A stretch of DNA of 64,000 nucleotides from Rhodospirillales bacterium (GTDB lineage: Bacteria > Pseudomonadota > Alphaproteobacteria > Bin95), in assembly GCA_038143065.1 (NCBI GenBank), contig JAYQLI010000035.1, forward strand, positions 128,001 to 192,000. The letters are read 5' to 3'. Within the stretch, counting starts at the first letter, position 1. Every line of letters begins with the position of its first letter. This document shows, piece by piece, positions 63,446 through 64,000 of this stretch. The position numbers and the translations under genes are program-made. The notes beneath the pieces were generated by a model. The model was not told where the DNA came from and searched no databases. It saw nothing but the letters and a program-made list of their open reading frames with translations.

Positions 63446-64000
63446 TTAAATTTTTTCTGGAAGTGATTTTAATAAGGCTTGGCCAGTGCAGATCATATCC
63501 GCACTAGTATTTCTATACCGGTGGATTGCCTCCAGGATAAGGTTTTGTGTCTCATTAGACGGTTGGACTAAATTTTCTGGCGGTTTGGGAAGACTTGTAA
63601 AAAGTTGGCGGCCAGCAGCTACAATAGCGTTAATGGCCCGTTTTTCTGCTTCGATAACATCAGGTTTTGTGCGTCTTTTTGGAATGACTGTTGAAAGGTA
63701 GGACGCGAATTTTGGCCATCTTGCATAGTGACGGTAGAGCGCTGGAAGGAAGGGTTGGCCTGCAATAGGTACCATTAGTTCATCTACCTCGCTGCGGAGC
63801 TTCGAAGATAGTTGATCCATCATCGGTAATTCGGGCATCCCAGGTAACAGCTCTGGGTGGCTGCTCATACTTTCCTCTAACCCATTTCCAGAAGGAAGAA
63901 TTTTGTCTTTTACAATTGGTTCCAGAAGAGCTCCAGTAATCACTTTTACCGGGGAAACTCTGGCAAAGTTTTCTGCAATATTCCGAATTTCTCGCAAGCT
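63446..64000 (-). CDS. Hypothetical protein, weakly DehI-like (5' end probably outside window)
   Basis: PFLPALYRHYARWPKF segment resembles the DehI repeat; frame open to the window edge. Confidence 0.45.
   Translation of the reverse strand, partial: SLREIRNIAENFARVSPVKVITGALLEPIVKDKILPSGNGLEESMSSHPELLPGMPELPMMDQLSSKLRSEVDELMVPIAGQPFLPALYRHYARWPKFASYLSTVIPKRRTKPDVIEAEKRAINAIVAAGRQLFTSLPKPPENLVQPSNETQNLILEAIHRYRNTSADMICTGQALLKSLPEKI

Overview
64 kb of a free-living alphaproteobacterial chromosome (Rhodospirillales-like, probably marine; moderate GC). Taxonomic evidence: the pepN-ATP12-HAD-rluA-crcB-rarA-degP cluster, an alpha-type RpoH promoter, Cys-free L32, methylsuccinyl-CoA dehydrogenase, and dinB with an N-terminal Zn-ribbon. 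The window is mostly housekeeping genes (groES/EL, polA, dinB, glnD, gpmA, rpmF, pepN) interleaved with many catabolic genes (amidases, luciferase-like monooxygenases, CoA-transferases, acyl-CoA ligases/dehydrogenases, TctBAC). About 16 genes, including essential ones, are split by 1-2 nt indels mostly at homopolymers, which points to an unpolished long-read assembly rather than real pseudogenes. No rRNA, tRNA, CRISPR array or intact IS was seen. The most unusual part is a mosaic accessory segment at about 58.6-62.7 kb. It holds a GC-rich AhpD-like gene and a tyrosine-recombinase-like gene that has lost its catalytic residues and sits divergent to an outer-membrane beta-barrel gene. It also holds a Cys-bearing HxlR regulator with twin palindromic operators facing three different small alpha/beta proteins. 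All family assignments are from motif recognition by eye; no searches were run.
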